The notes beneath the pieces are model-generated. The model saw only the letters and a list, made by a program, of their open reading frames with translations, did no database searches and was not told where the DNA came from. A stretch of 64,000 bases of DNA from an uncultured Mycoplasmataceae bacterium (lineage in GTDB: Bacteria > Bacillota_I > Bacilli_A > Mycoplasmatales > Mycoplasmoidaceae). The stretch spans positions 170,242 to 234,241 of the forward strand of contig CAMUZN010000001.1 of NCBI GenBank assembly GCA_947165235.1. Direction: 5' to 3'. Shown here in pieces: positions 1-13,216 of the stretch. How positions within the stretch are numbered: the stretch's first letter is position 1; the number at the start of each line of letters is the position of its first letter. Both the position numbers and the translations under genes were made by a program.

Positions 1-465
1 ACCTATTTTACCACCTTTAACAAAAGGTATTAATAAATCAATTGCTTTAATTCCAATTTCAAAAATTTCGTTAGATATGACTTGTTCTGTAAATTTGGGA
101 GGTTGATTGTAAATTGAGTTAAAAACTTTTGTTTTTACTAGTCCTTTTCCGTCAATTGGTTTACCAACAACATTAAAAATTCTTCCCAAAATATTTTTTC
201 CTACAGGAACTTGAATTGTTTTTTCTGTGTTAATAACGATTTGACCACGATATAAGCCATCAGTAGTTGTCATAGCAATACAACGAACAATATCATCACC
301 AATTATTTGTTCTACTTCCAAAATAATTGCACTGTTATCTTTAACATAAAGAGCATGGTGAATCTGTGGAAGAAATTTTGAAGCGAATTTAACATCAACA
401 ATCGGACCAATAACTTGATATATTGTTCCATTTGAATCATTTTTTTTAACTATCATCTTTTCCAT
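1..465 (-). CDS. atpD: F1 ATP synthase beta subunit, N-terminal part (rest of gene lies beyond window start)
   Basis: Reverse translation from ATG at 465 gives MEKMIVKKNDSNGTIYQVIGPIVDVKF...TTDGLYRGQ...VPVGKNILGRIFNVVGKPIDG, the N-terminal barrel of AtpD. It is the last gene seen in the atpBEFHAGD order. Confidence 0.9.
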   Translation of the reverse strand, partial: MEKMIVKKNDSNGTIYQVIGPIVDVKFASKFLPQIHHALYVKDNSAIILEVEQIIGDDIVRCIAMTTTDGLYRGQIVINTEKTIQVPVGKNILGRIFNVVGKPIDGKGLVKTKVFNSIYNQPPKFTEQVISNEIFEIGIKAIDLLIPFVKGGKIG

Positions 466-467
466 TG

Positions 468-1325
468 TTATTTTTTTATTTCAATATTACTAATTACTTC
501 ATTAATTTGTTTAGTTATTATGTTTTGACGTAGTTTATTAAATTGTAATTTTAACTCACTTATTAAATCTTTAGCATTTTTAGAAGCCAAATCCATTGTA
601 TTACTTCGATTAACATTTTCTGAAATTTTTGCCTCATTAAATGATCCATATAATAAACAAGCTAAGTAATAAGGCAAAATTTTTTTAATAATCAGTTTTT
701 TTGGTGAATCGAAGTGAAAAAATTTATTAGTATATGTTTTTTCACTACTAATTTTCTTTTCTTTAAAAGAAAAAAAATCAATAGTTTGTACTTTAGTTTT
801 AAATGCGGAAATAAACTTTGTATAGACAATCTTAATATTTTTATATTTCCCCTCTTTATGTTCATTTAGACATCAAAAACTTAGTATTAGAAATAAATCG
901 TAAACATTGTCTTTCTCATTAGGCAAATCAATAAATTTGATTAGATATTTATTTAAGTTATTTTGTTTAAAGTATTTTCAGCCTTTTTGTCCAATCATAA
1001 TCACATGATCATGAGGTTTTAAAACAGATTTTATTGCTCGACAAATATTATTATTGTATGAACCACATAATCCTAACGAACTTGTAATAACAATATATAA
1101 ATCATTATTAATATGCATTTTATTGTTTTGTTTTATATTAATAAAATCATTATCAGATAGACAAGTGAAGAAATCATAAAAATTCTTGCAAAAACATGAA
1201 ATATTTTTTAATTCTTTCTTTTGTTTTTTTAATTTAATAGAAGCAATTAATTTCATCGCCGTTGTGATTTTTTTTATTGCTTCAATTGATTGAATTCGTT
1301 TTTTTATTACATTTATTGTTTGCAT
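468..1325 (-). CDS. atpG: F1 ATP synthase gamma subunit
   Basis: Track fragments 468..677 and 978..1325 share one frame and are joined through in-frame TGA (Trp). Total length is 285 aa. It sits between atpA and atpD, and its ATG overlaps the atpA stop (TAATG). Confidence 0.85.
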
Positions 1326-2887
1326 TATTTTACATCCTTCAAATTACTATACATTTGTTGTTTATAGTTAGGAATTTTATCGGTAAATTTAGTTGTAAAT
1401 ATTTTAAATTCGTTTTTGAAAGAAGCGATAATTTCTTCATTAAAATTCAAAGACTTGGATAATTGTTTTGCTAACGAGTGATCTTTAAAATATTCCAACA
1501 AACTGTTTTTGTATGTTGCAAAATAATCATATGGTATTGTGTCGATAAAATGATACTTAATTGCGAATAATAAAATTGCTTCTTCTAGTTGTGAATAAGG
1601 AGAATTTCGTTCTTGTTTTAGCATTAGTAATGTTTTAGCTCCATGATCAAGAATATTTTTTGTTTCACTATCTAAGTCGGAACCAAATTGTGAAAATACT
1701 TTTAAATCATTGTATTGTGATAAATCTAATTTCAATGAACTAGCAATTTGTTTAATATATTTTTTTTGTGCTGCTGATCCGACACGTGAAACAGATAAAC
1801 TAGGGTCAATTGCTGGACATTGCCCAATATTAAACATATTAGCATTCAAAAATAATTGACCATCAGTGATAGAAATAACATTTGTCGGAATATAAGCAGA
1901 AATATCACCAATTTGTGTTTCAATAATTGGCAAAGCTGTAATTGAACCTCCACCATTTTCTTCATTAAGACGTCCGGCTCGTTCTAACAAACGTGAATGT
2001 AAATAAAAAATATCACCAGGATAGGCTTCACGACCAGGTGCACGTCGTAGAAGAAGTGATATTGTGCGGTAAGCCGCAGCATGTTTTGATAGGTCATCAT
2101 AAACAATTAAAACATCTTCTCCCTTGCTTAATCAATGTTCAGCAATTGTAATTCCAGCATATGGTGCTAAAAAAAGTAATGATGGTAGATCTGAAGAGGT
2201 CGTTGCAACAATCGTCGTATAACTCATAGCATCATATTTTTGTAATATTTGATGAACATTAAGAATGGCTGATTCACGTTGACCAATTGCTACATATACA
2301 CATTTGACATTCTTATTTTTTTGGTTAATTATGATATCGATTGCTAATGTTGTTTTACCTGTTTGCCTATCGCCAATAATTAATTCTCGTTGTCCCTTAC
2401 CTATTGGGAACATAGCATCAATTGCCAAAATTCCTGTGGCAAGTGGTTCATCAACAGATTTTCTTTCCATTACACCAAAAGGGATTTTTTCAATTGGAGT
2501 TAATTGATCTTTTTTAATTGGTTTTTTTCCATCTTGTTCTTGCCCTAATGCATTAATAATTCGTCCTAACAATTGGTCACCGACCGGAATAGAAATAATT
2601 TTTTTTGTTCGTTTAACAATGCTATTTTCCAAGATATCACCATATTTTCCTAACATTACAATTCCAACAGAGTTAGATTCTAAATTTAAAACCAAGCCGT
2701 AACTACCATTTTCAAATTGCACTAGTTCGTTTAACATTACAGAATTTAAACCGGATGCAATAACGATTCCGTCACAATTTGAAATAACACGACCTTCTTC
2801 ATAAGAAATAGTTGACTCTAAAGAATATTTAGCAATTTTTTCTTTAATTAAAGCAACAAGTTTTTCATTTAATTTAATCGCACTCAT
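1325..2887 (-). CDS. atpA: F1 ATP synthase alpha subunit
   Basis: Fragments 1325..1990 and 2132..2887 are in the same frame. The bridging segment reads [25 protein letters not shown]. Walker A motif GDRQTGKT is present. Length is 520 aa. Confidence 0.95.
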
Positions 2888-3425
2888 AATTTTGTGATAG
2901 TAATTTATTTTTTAGAATATTTAATTTTTCTTTTATTGAATTATCATATGTTTTATTTAAAAACTTTATTTTAATTCCACAAAGCAAATTTTGATCATAG
3001 TGAATATTTAAAAATATTTCTCTCTTTAATAATTTTTTAAAAAATAAACTAATCGAATTTATATCATATTTCGATAATGTGAATGATGAAAAAATATCAA
3101 TACTTATAAAGTTATTAATTGTTAAATAATATTGTTCACTTGCATGAAAAATTTTTCTAAAATAACCCAAATCACTATTATCAATAATAACCCATAATCA
3201 ATAAATAATGTAATTATCAATTTTCAATGTTGTGCAAATATCATTAAAAAATTTTTTAATCATTTTTTTATTAAAGAAATTTTCTTTGATAAATTTTTGC
3301 ATTTTATCTAAAGAAATTATTTCATTGATTAATTTAACATTGTTTAAATAAACTTTTTGTTTGTCACTACTATTTTTAATAGGTGCAAAAAGTGCATAAG
3401 CATAATTCATCAAATTATTTTTCAT
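2874..3425 (-). CDS. atpH: F1 ATP synthase delta subunit (OSCP)
   Basis: Fragments 2874..3170 and 3198..3434 are in frame across TGA, giving about 183 aa. The call rests on position between atpF and atpA. The ATG at 3425 is preferred over the TTG at 3434 used by the track. Confidence 0.7.
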
Positions 3426-4044
3426 TTTTTTCAAAATCCTTTTTAATCTTATTTAAAATATGATCAATATATTTTTGTTTATTTTTATCATTTTTTTCAT
3501 CGGAAAAAACATTTTCAATAACATTAAATGCTGTTTCAATAACATTATGCTGATATTCTTTTTCCATTTGTTTTTTTTCGTGCTCAAGATAAAAATTAGC
3601 CTTATTAATTATTTTCGATGCTTCTTCTTTGGCATCAATTTTAGCTTTATCAATTATTTTATAGGCGTTATCTTGAGATTCCTTAATTGTGATATTAGCT
3701 TTTTCAATAGCCGCAATTTTACTTTGTCTAGCAATATTTAGATTATTACTTGCTTCATTATTAGTTTTTTTTGCGTCGTTCAATGTTTTATCAATAAATG
3801 ATCGTTTTTTTGCTAAAAATTTTTTCGTTGGTTTTCGAACAAAAAACACCATAACAATTAATAAAACAACGAAAGCAATAAAATGTGAAACAAAAACCCA
3901 AACATTTGGGAACAAATTAGTTATAATATCATCTTTTTTTATTGGGGGAGTGCAAGAAGATAGCAAAAAAGGTGCAAGCGATAACAAAAAAATATTTAAA
4001 ACAAAAACAAATATTTTTTCTGTTTTTTTATTTTTTTCTATCAT
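3415..4044 (-). CDS. atpF: F0 ATP synthase subunit b (with lipoprotein-type signal, LLSSC)
   Basis: The protein has an N-terminal TM segment followed by a long charged helix (KKAKIDAKEEASKI...). It sits between atpE and atpH. The ATG at 4044 (MIEKNKK...) is preferred over the TTG at 4068. The lipobox-like LSSC follows the hydrophobic stretch. Confidence 0.75.
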   Translation of the reverse strand: MIEKNKKTEKIFVFVLNIFLLSLAPFLLSSCTPPIKKDDIITNLFPNVWVFVSHFIAFVVLLIVMVFFVRKPTKKFLAKKRSFIDKTLNDAKKTNNEASNNLNIARQSKIAAIEKANITIKESQDNAYKIIDKAKIDAKEEASKIINKANFYLEHEKKQMEKEYQHNVIETAFNVIENVFSDEKNDKNKQKYIDHILNKIKKDFEKNEK

Positions 4045-4051
4045 TGCACCA

Positions 4052-4312
<261 letters not shown>

Positions 4313-4381
4313 TTATAAATCAAAACAATTAGTAAAATTATTTCATCTAAAAACATGTTACTACATGCTTTTTATGCGAAT

Positions 4382-5146
4382 TTATATTCTATTTTCATTA
4401 TTTTTATTATCATTCATTTCTTGAAGACTATTTTCACCTTTTGCTAATACTCAATAAACCATTGTTAACAAAACAAAAACTAATGCTTGGATAATTCCGC
4501 ATAATAGGTCAAAATAAACGTGTAATGGTGCCATAGTCAAACCACCTAAAATATTAATAACACCAATAATTGGGATTTTTTCAAAAATGTAATTGGTAAA
4601 ATAAAACCAAAGTGACAAAATTAATCCTCCCGCAAAAACATTTCCTCATAAACGTAATGATATTGAAATTAACGGTGAAATACAGGAAATTACTTCTAAC
4701 GGATTTATTGCCAATGGAATTTTTTTATTTTTTATTTTTAGACAACAACAAAAATTTTTTAAATAAGATATTTTTTGGTATTTAAGGCCAACAAAAAAAA
4801 CGCCAAATCACATCATTAATCCTAGTGAAAATGTAGTAGTTAATGAAGAAGTTGGATTAGATAAACCAATAATTCCAATCAAATTTGATAAACAAATATA
4901 CGAAAAAAGATAAAGAAAAAATGAAGTTAATTTCTCACCTTTTAGGCCAAAAATTTCAATAGTTAAATTACGGATGAAACTAATGTATATTTGCACTAAC
5001 AAAACAAAACCATGTGGTGTTTCATCAATTTTTTGCTTTTGTAAGCGGAAATAATAAATTAAAGAAAAAGTGACTAAAATGATAGAAACAACAGCTATTG
5101 AAGTGATTTGTGGTTGTAAACTTCAAGGATTATATTCACGAATCAT
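4382..5146 (-). CDS. atpB: F0 ATP synthase subunit a
   Basis: My own translation gives 254 aa once in-frame TGAs are read as Trp. It contains ISLRLWGNVFAGG (the essential Arg motif of subunit a). TAA stop at 4382..4384. Confidence 0.85.
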
Positions 5147-5149
5147 AAT

Positions 5150-5587
5150 TTATCTCTTTTTATCAATGGAATTATACTTATCTCGTAAAAAAAAAGGAAG
5201 GAAAATTTGATTTAAAAATAGATAGATAAAACTGATTATTGTAGGTGGTAACATTCCTCATAAATTAAAAATAATATTATGGTGCGAAATATTGTTTTGT
5301 ACGCCAATAATTGGTAGAAAAACGAAAAATAATATCGCAAGAATTTTTGATAAAACAAGCGATATAATAATTGTTTTTTTTGATCCTTTTAGCGAAAAAA
5401 TTTTTCATTTAATGAATATAAAAAAGAGAATGATATAGGGCAGTAAAAAACATAATAAAAAGCCATAAAAAAAAGAATAATTTTTATTACATAATAAAAC
5501 AATTAGAAAAATAAAAAATAAGATTAAATTAATTATGGTTAGCAATCAAAAAGAAATTTTTAAATACTTTTTGCAAAAATTTTCCAT
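5150..5587 (-). CDS. Small hydrophobic protein upstream of atpB (AtpI-like by position)
   Basis: A 145-codon ORF in code 4 (MENFCKKYLKISFWLLTIINLILFFIFLIVLL...IISFIYLFLNQIFLPFFL...). Its ATG overlaps the upstream lipoprotein stop (TAATG), and its stop lies 3 nt before the atpB ATG. The assignment rests on position and hydrophobicity only. Confidence 0.45.
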
Positions 5588-6426
5588 TATTTTTTGTTAA
5601 TGTAAAAACCATTTTTTTCATTAGCAATTTTTTCGACAAATTTTTCAGTTTCAATTGGTAAGCAATAACTTTCTCTAAAGTGACCATTAACAAAGTAAAC
5701 AATATAGCAATTATTATTGAGTTTAAAAGCATTTGATCCTTCATATAATGTTTTGGCTGAATTAATGAAATTACGGTAATTTATTGCTGACTGGTCATAA
5801 CGGATATAATCCCCTTCCATTATCTTTTTTTCTTTATCTCATTCAGGATTAAGATTGCGAACTGTTTCTAAATCATTTTTTGATCAAACTGAAAAAGGAC
5901 CAATATTTGAATCAGAAATTTTAGATTTTTTCCAATCAATTTTTTTATTATTTTTTGTAAGAATGAGCGGATTATTAATACTATCATTCGTAAAAAAATA
6001 ATCGATAAAAAATATAAGTGGTAATTCTTCTTGTATATCACTTTCGATTAGATCAAAAGCTTGACAAAATTTTGATGATGAATAATTATTTTTGCTTCAC
6101 TGTTCTTGTAATTTGCATGTATTATCACCACTCATAAATTCACACATTTCTTTCGCTGTATTACTTCCAATAATTAAAATGTAATTTCCATTATTTAAAT
6201 TAATATTTCCATACAATAGGTCTTTTTCACTAAATGAGTTCTTATTCATTTTAATATCCGTTTTATTTTCAATGCCATTTATAATATCACGATACCTAAC
6301 AATTTCAACATCAATTTTCTTTGATAAATTAGGTGCACAACTTGTTAATATACACATTGGTCATGAACAAAACAATATTGGGGAAAATATGCACAAAAAA
6401 TAATAGCAAAAACTTCTTATTTTCAT
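5587..6426 (-). CDS. Putative lipoprotein
   Basis: Track fragments 5587..5820 and 6097..6357 are in one frame. I checked 5821..6096 and found only TGA in frame. Extending upstream gives MKIRSFCYYFLCIFSPILFCSWPMCILTSCAPN, a signal peptide plus lipobox (LTSC). Length is 279 aa. Confidence 0.7.
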
Positions 6427-6502
6427 TATGATATACGGTTCTTATATTACTATAATAATTATATGTTTTTCGCGTTTATTATCACTAATTGTAATTGATA
6501 AA

Positions 6503-7879
6503 ATGACAAATAATAACCTAACCTTCAAAATTACAAATAAACAAAAAAAAATTGGACAAAATTTATCGTTTTTTATTAAAACATATGGGTGTCCTTCTAA
6601 TGAACGTGATACAGAAAATATAAAAGGTATTTTGATAGCATTGAATTTCAAAGAAGCAAGTGACCAAAATTTAGCGGATTTAATAATTTTAAATACATGT
6701 GCTATTAGGCAAAATGTTGAAAATAAAGTGTTGAATACTTTATATTTACTAAACAATAATAAAAAACTAAAAAAAATTAAGTACTTTGGCATTTGTGGTT
6801 GTATGGCTCATGAGGAAAATGTTATTAATGAAATAAAACAAAAGGTGAAAAATATTGATTTTGTTTTTGGTACGCAAAATATTTATGAATTACCACAAAT
6901 ATTGGAAAAAGTAATCTTGGATAAAAAAACCATCGTCGAAAAAGCAAAGGATAATAAAAAAATTTGTGAAAAAATACCTGAATATCGTACTAATAAACAT
7001 AAAGCATTAATAAATATTATGTATGGATGTAATCATTTTTGTACATATTGTATTGTTCCTTTTGTTCGTGGAAGAATTAAAAGCAGAAGCAAAGAAAATA
7101 TTTTAAAAGAAGTGAGAAATTTAATAAAAAATGGTTGTAAGGAAATAACATTATTAGGTCAAAATGTCAATTCATATGGTTTTGATTTTAAAAAAAATTA
7201 TTCCTTTCATAATTTACTCGAAGATATTGCAAAAACAGGAATTAAGCGTTTACGCTTTCTAGCATCTAATCCATGGAATTTTAATAAAAAAATTGTTGAT
7301 GTGATTGCAAAATACCCAAATATTATTAAAAATATCCATATTGCTATCCAATCCGGTGATGACGAAATCTTAAAGCGAATGAATAGAGGAACAAATTTAG
7401 AAAAATATTCTGAACTTTGTCAATATATTCGTGAAAAGATCATTGATGTTTCTATAACAACTGATTTTATAGTTGGTTTTCCAAACGAAACAAATAAACA
7501 ATTTAAAAATACAATTAAACTTTACAAAAAAATAAAGTTTGATCATTCATTTGTAGCAATTTTTTCACCGCGTCCTGGAACAAAAGCAGCAAAAATGGTT
7601 GATCAAATAAGGATAAAAACGAAAGAAAAACGCTTTAACCGATTAAACAAGTACATCCGAAAATTTGGGAAAATCAATAATAAAAAATATGTAGGTCGAA
7701 TAATGGAAGTTATGGTTGATGGTCAAAGTAAGATTAAAAATAATATGATTACAGGAAGAACAATTAATTGAAAAATTGTTAATTTTAAAGGAAATTTGAA
7801 AGAAGGGGAATTTTGTAAAGTTAAGATTATAAAGGCTACACCTTTTTCATTAATTGGTGAAATTAGCAACGTCAAATAA
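6503..7879 (+). CDS. miaB: tRNA-i6A37 methylthiotransferase MiaB
   Basis: Contains FIKTYGCPSNERD (UPF0004 cysteine motif), radical-SAM CNHFCTYCIVP, and a TRAM-like C-terminus reached by reading TGA at 7769 as Trp. Start taken at MTNNN (6503). The stop is TAA at 7877..7879. Confidence 0.85.
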
Positions 7880-8495
7880 TTTTATTAATGTTTTTATTTT
7901 TTTTAAAAAATTTATCTTCATATTCAGTTGAAATATTATTAAAATTAAATATATTGTTTAAGTTTTTATACAAATCATTAGTAAAATACATGATTTTAAA
8001 TTTATTTTTTTTTAAAACTTCTAAAGTAAAAGAATAAAGAGAATCATTATCAGTTTTAAATTCGATAATTCCATCTTTTTTTAATATTTTTTGATACAAA
8101 CAAAGAAAAGGTAAAGATGTTAGACGGCGTTTTTCATGTCTTTTCTTCGGTCATGGATCGCAAAAATTTATAAAAATTTTTTTAAATATTTTGTGTTTAA
8201 AAATATCAAATATTTTTTTTGCATCACAATTAATGAAATAAAGGTTAGAAGGAATTAATTCTTGTTTTCTAATCTTTTTAATTGCCTTATAAACTATTGT
8301 TGATGATTTTTCAACACCAATGTATATATTGTTATGATTATTGATAGCTTGTTGAACAATAAATTGTCCTTTTCCACTACCTATTTCAAGATAAAAATTC
8401 TTCCTTTTATGCTTAGATAATATATTTTGATTAAAAATCAATGGATCATTTTTAATCAAATTGTTTGCATTTTTTATTGTGCGTAAGCGACCCAT
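7863..8495 (-). CDS. trmB: tRNA (guanine46-N7)-methyltransferase
   Basis: Fragments 7872..8099 and 8151..8495 are in frame. SAM motif LEIGSGKGQF and CDPWPKKRH are present. The track 'stop' at 7872 is TGA, so the real TAA is at 7863. The 3' end converges on and overlaps miaB. Confidence 0.85.
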
Positions 8496-9925
8496 TATTT
8501 TTTTAGAATGCTTTTTAGTAGAGACATCGCCAAAATAGGATTAGCTTGTCCTTTTGTCTTTTCCATTATTTTACCAATGATCATTTTCTCTACTCTTTCT
8601 GGTCGCAAACTATATTCATCAACAAGTTTCGAATTCGACGAAATAATTTGAGTAAGAAGGGAATTCAACACTTTTTCATCGGTGATTTGCTTAAAATTGA
8701 ATTTATCAATAATATATTCAACCGAGTCATCAGTTTTATATATCTCCAAAATTATTTTTTTTCCTTGTTTATTATTAATTTTTCCCTCTTTTAAAATTTT
8801 TAACATCGTAATAATCTGATCAATTTTTGCTTTTGGAAAATTTTTAATAGGAAAATTATCTTTTTTTAATAAACCAACCAATTCAATTAAAATTCATGTT
8901 ATTGTTAGTTTATAGTCATTAATCTGATTAATAACGTAGTGAAAAACTTTAAATAAATCAAAATTATTTAATAGAATGTCAATAATTTTTTTATCAACAT
9001 TATTTTGTTCCAAATCATTTTTAATTTTGTCAAAGTCAAATTTTAAATTTTTTGTTGCATTATTTATAAATTCTTCTGTCAACTTAATTGCTGGAATGTT
9101 CGGTTCAAAAATATAATGGTATTCTTTTTCATTAGTTTTTTCTCGCATAAATATTGTTTTATTTAGCTTTTCGTCCCATTTTTTTGTTGCTTGAATAATC
9201 GGTTTATTCAAAAGGATTGAAGAGATGTGCAGTGCCACCTCATATTCGATGGCTTTTTTAATGTTAAAAAAAGAGTTAAGATTTTTTATTTCAACACGTG
9301 TTCCTAATTTCTTTGATCCATATAAATTAACCGATAAATTAATATCAGCTCGTAGCGAACCATCTTCCATCTTAGCATCTGAAACTTCAGTAAAATTTAG
9401 AATTTGTTTAAGTTTTGTCAAATATTGAATTGCTTCGTAACTTGAAGAAATATTGCAATCAGAAACTATTTCAATTAGTGGCATTCCACTTCGATTGTAG
9501 TCAAGCATAATTTTATCACCAATATTTATTTGTTTTGCCGTGTCTTCTTCAATATGAATTTCTTTAATTAAAATTTTTTTTACCTCATTTTTTTCATTTA
9601 ATATTTCAAGATAACCATTTATTCCAATTGGGTAAAATTTTTGTGTAATTTGGTAACCTTTTGGTAAATCTAGATAAAAATAATTTTTACGGTCGAAAAT
9701 TAATTCTTCATTAATTGTCATATTTAGTTTTTTGGCTAAGCAAATAGCCTTTTCAACGACATATTGGTTAACTGTTGGTAAAAGACCAGGCATTGCCAAA
9801 TCAAAAGCATTAACATTTTCATTCATTCGATCATAATGACACGATTTACTATATGAAAACATTTTTGTTTTAGAATTAACAACAACATGAACTTCTATTC
9901 CAATAATTTGTTGAAAATTATTCAT
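8495..9925 (-). CDS. gatB: Asp/Glu-tRNA amidotransferase subunit B
   Basis: Fragments 8495..8881 and 8894..9937 are in frame. The N-terminus reads MNNFQQIIGIEVHV (ATG at 9925; the track used TTG at 9937). Length is 476 aa. Confidence 0.9.
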
Positions 9926-11345
9926 TTTTTTCTCCAATAATATTTTCTAATGTGTAAGCAATGTTTAGTAAATTCATATCATCATAAATTTTTGCACGCA
10001 AATGAATATTTATTGGCATATTGTTATTTTTGGTTCATGGTAAAGAAATGGATGGAGTCCCAACAAAATTATCAACCATTAAATGGTGGTCATACGATAA
10101 ATCATAATTTATTTCTTCTTGGAACAAATTTAGTGCTTCACAACAGCAGCATGGCATTAAAATCACATCACCTAATGACAAAGTTGATAAATGAAAATGT
10201 TGTAGTCATGAACGGAATTTGCATGCTTGGAGATAAATATTTTCAAAATTATCATGATTCATTAAATATGAACCTATTGCCAATCTTGTTTTAAATTCTT
10301 TATTAAAACCAAATGTACGATTTTTTCTTGCGAACTCTTCATAAGTAGTAGGTTGCTTATTAACATTTTCACCAAAAAGATTACCAATTAAGTTATTATG
10401 ACAACTACAAGCATTAGTAAATGTTAAAATTTGATAAATTGTTGGTAAAAGCGAAAAAAATTTTTGGTCAAAATTTTGTTCAATAATTTCATGTCCCATT
10501 TTTTTTAATTTTTCACATAACTCAAAAAACTTATTTTTAATTCTATCATCCAATTTTTCCAATAAATTTTTATAAATAACAAACTTAATTTTTTCTATCG
10601 TTTTTAGTTTTTTGTAATCAACATTTTTAGGATTTTGTGATGAAGTTAAATCTTTACAATCATATTTTTGTAAGTACGTAGCAACAATACATGCATCCAT
10701 TACGTATTTACTAATAATTCCAACAGTATCTTGTGATGGTGAAAAAGGAATTATTCCATTACGTGATATTAAACCATAAGTTGGTTTATAACCAACAACA
10801 CCAACATATGATGATGGTTTAACAATTGAATCTCCAGTATCAGTTGCAATTGCAAATGTTGAAAATCCTATTGCTACATTACACACACTACCACTACTAC
10901 TACCAGCTGTTGACTTAGATAAATTTAATGGATTTTTTACACAACCAGTAAAACAGAATTCGCCTTTTCCTCCCAAACCATATTCATCCATTGCATCTTT
11001 GGACAATAAAATTGCTTCTTCATTTTGTAATATTTCATAAACTGTTGCACTATACGGTGGAATAAAGTTTTTTAAGAATTTACTTCCCGCAGTTGTTACG
11101 ATATTTTTTGTGCAAATATTATCTTTTAGTGAATATGGTATTCCATAAAGAAGATTTTTATCATGAAGTTTTTTTTTGTCAAATTTTTTTATATTTTTGT
11201 TGATTTCATCGTCTAAATTAGTAATTACACTGTTACATGATTTATATTTTTCAAGAAGAAGATATCGTTGCTTAATTAAATCTTCAAAAGAAATCACACC
11301 ATTTTTTAAATCATTATGAATTTTTAAAATATTACTTCGAACCAT
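9918..11345 (-). CDS. gatA: Asp/Glu-tRNA amidotransferase subunit A
   Basis: Track ORF 10206..11345 continues through two TGAs to a TAA at 9918. An amidase signature region (TAGSSSGS) is present. The 3' end overlaps the gatB start. Confidence 0.9.
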
Positions 11346-11607
11346 TTTTATTATTATTTAAAATAAAAAAATTTTTTTTAACTATTATTTTTTCATTATT
11401 ATTTCGATTAATAACATCTTGTCTAAAATGATAATTACTATTTATCGCACAAGTAAAAGTAGGTTTATAATTTTTCAAATCGATTGTCATTAATTCTTTA
11501 ATTTTTTCATCAATCAATGAATATTTTTTTTCAATATAATTCATTTCTTGTTCGGTCAAATCAAAAAGAATTTTTTTTGCTGAAAGTTTAATTAATGCCT
11601 TGTTCAT
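11332..11607 (-). CDS. gatC: Asp/Glu-tRNA amidotransferase subunit C
   Basis: A small ORF directly upstream of and overlapping gatA. Starting at the internal ATG at 11607 (MNKALIKLSAKK...) gives 91 aa and avoids overlap with the upstream gene, which ends at 11615. Confidence 0.7.
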   Translation of the reverse strand: MNKALIKLSAKKILFDLTEQEMNYIEKKYSLIDEKIKELMTIDLKNYKPTFTCAINSNYHFRQDVINRNNNEKIIVKKNFFILNNNKNGSK

Positions 11608-11614
11608 ATGTAAA

Positions 11615-12748
11615 TTAATAATGCAATTCACTATTATTTTCGCTAAATTTTTTCTTGCCATAAATTATTTTAAAAATAAAATGAATGATAAAAGTATTAA
11701 GAATTGACAAAAAAATAATTGTGAATGATCTTATAACAATCCAATGGGTGAAAGGATAAATTGAAAAATCAACATCAAAACATGGAAGAAAAAATATTCC
11801 AATAATCGTTTCTGATAATACTACCGTTGAAATAATTACTGAAAAAGATATTAAATTTTGTGATCAATTGGTATTTTTTGTTTGTGTATAGCATTCAATA
11901 ATTTTTTTTCGCAAATCATTAATTTTCACTACTTTTTTCGCATAACTTTTTGTGCATCAATCTACTCATTGTTGCTTGTTAAAATTGTTTTTATTAATTA
12001 ATAATGGTAGCTTATGGCAAAACAAAAACTTTAATTTATAGAAAAATAATAGAAAAAAATATTTAAAACGAGCGATAAATATTGATCATATTACCACAAG
12101 AAGAAAGATATAAACTGAATAATTGATTCAAATAATATCACTCTTTTTAAAAATCATTTTTCCACCAAAAATTGAAATTTGGAATAAATCAATTTTTAAA
12201 TCATTAATGCACTTTCATAATATTGTCGCTAATGACAAAATCAAAATTGTAATAATAAGAGTAAATATTGAATTATTTTTTTTTGTAAAATTTCATAGCA
12301 TTTGAACATAACCAGAAATTAAACCATAAAACATTGCAACAAAAAAGAAACCATAATGAAAAGAGCAAGAAGAGATAACAATTGTTAATAAATCAGTTGC
12401 TGCTCCGATAAAAACCCCAATTATAGGTCCAAACATCAAACCACCAATTTTAATTAAAACCCCCTCAATTAATATTCTTATTCCAGGATAAGCAATAAAA
12501 AAAACATTAAATATCCCTGATGTCAAAAAAGACAAAATTAGAATTATTGCGACGGAAAGAGAAATAGTCATCGCAATTTTAGTCATTATTTTTATTGAAA
12601 TTTGGGTAGAAACATGATATTTTTTTTTAAATTTAAAATCTTTTCATGTTTTTTTTATTACATCAATAAAAATTGCTGCAAAAAATAAACAAAGAAAAAT
12701 CAAAATTATTTGCTTAATCGATAAAGTTGATTGCAATTCTGTGTTCAT
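11615..12748 (-). CDS. Polytopic membrane protein (N-terminal half resembles ECF-transporter S components; assignment uncertain)
   Basis: I translated the whole frame codon by codon. It has 377 codons with TGA as the only in-frame 'stop' from ATG 12748 to TAA 11615. Hydrophobic segments include GLMFGPIIGVFIGAATDLLTIV. Confidence 0.55.
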
Positions 12749-12772
12749 TAAGAGTTATTTACTAAGATTATA

Positions 12773-12803
12773 AAACATGCACCGAACATCTAAATGCATG
12801 TTT
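12773..12803 (-). terminator. Hairpin downstream of rplL (candidate intrinsic terminator)
   Basis: A 9-bp inverted repeat, AAACATGCA / TGCATGTTT, lies 13 nt after the rplL stop. On the minus strand it is followed by a short U-rich stretch. Confidence 0.45.
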
Positions 12804-12815
12804 ATAATGAATTAA

Positions 12816-13178
12816 TTACTTGATATCAACTTTTGCACCAGCATCAGTAAATTTTTTAGCAATTTCTTTTGCTTCTTCTGGTTTAATTCCTTCTTTAATT
12901 GTGCAAGGAACTTTATCAACAGCACTTTTTGCATCCATTAAACCTAATCCAGTGATTTCACGGTAAAGCTTAATAATTGCAACTTTTTGTGCACCAGCAT
13001 CCGTCAAAGTTAATGTAACCAAACTAGGAGCTGCTGCTGCCGCAGGTGCTGCTGTAGCGGTTGGAATAGCAGCTGAAACATGAAATTCATTTTCTATTGC
13101 TTTTACTAAATCATTAATTTCCATTAAACTCATTTCTTTTAATGAATCAATAATTTGTTGATTTGTTAATTTTGCCAT
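12816..13178 (-). CDS. rplL: 50S ribosomal protein L7/L12
   Basis: 120 aa, with an Ala/Pro hinge ([10 protein letters not shown]) and a C-terminal domain ([24 protein letters not shown]). Confidence 0.97.
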   Translation of the reverse strand: MAKLTNQQIIDSLKEMSLMEINDLVKAIENEFHVSAAIPTATAAPAAAAAPSLVTLTLTDAGAQKVAIIKLYREITGLGLMDAKSAVDKVPCTIKEGIKPEEAKEIAKKFTDAGAKVDIK

Positions 13179-13216
13179 ACTTTTCCCTCTATTATTTAAT
13201 TTTATACTATCATTTA

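Noticed and set aside
5529-5744. A 71-aa minus-strand ORF overlapping the lipoprotein 3' end and the AtpI-like start.
   Set aside because: It is in a different frame from both better-supported ORFs, which are linked by a TAATG junction. The 5587..5820 frame continues the lipoprotein.
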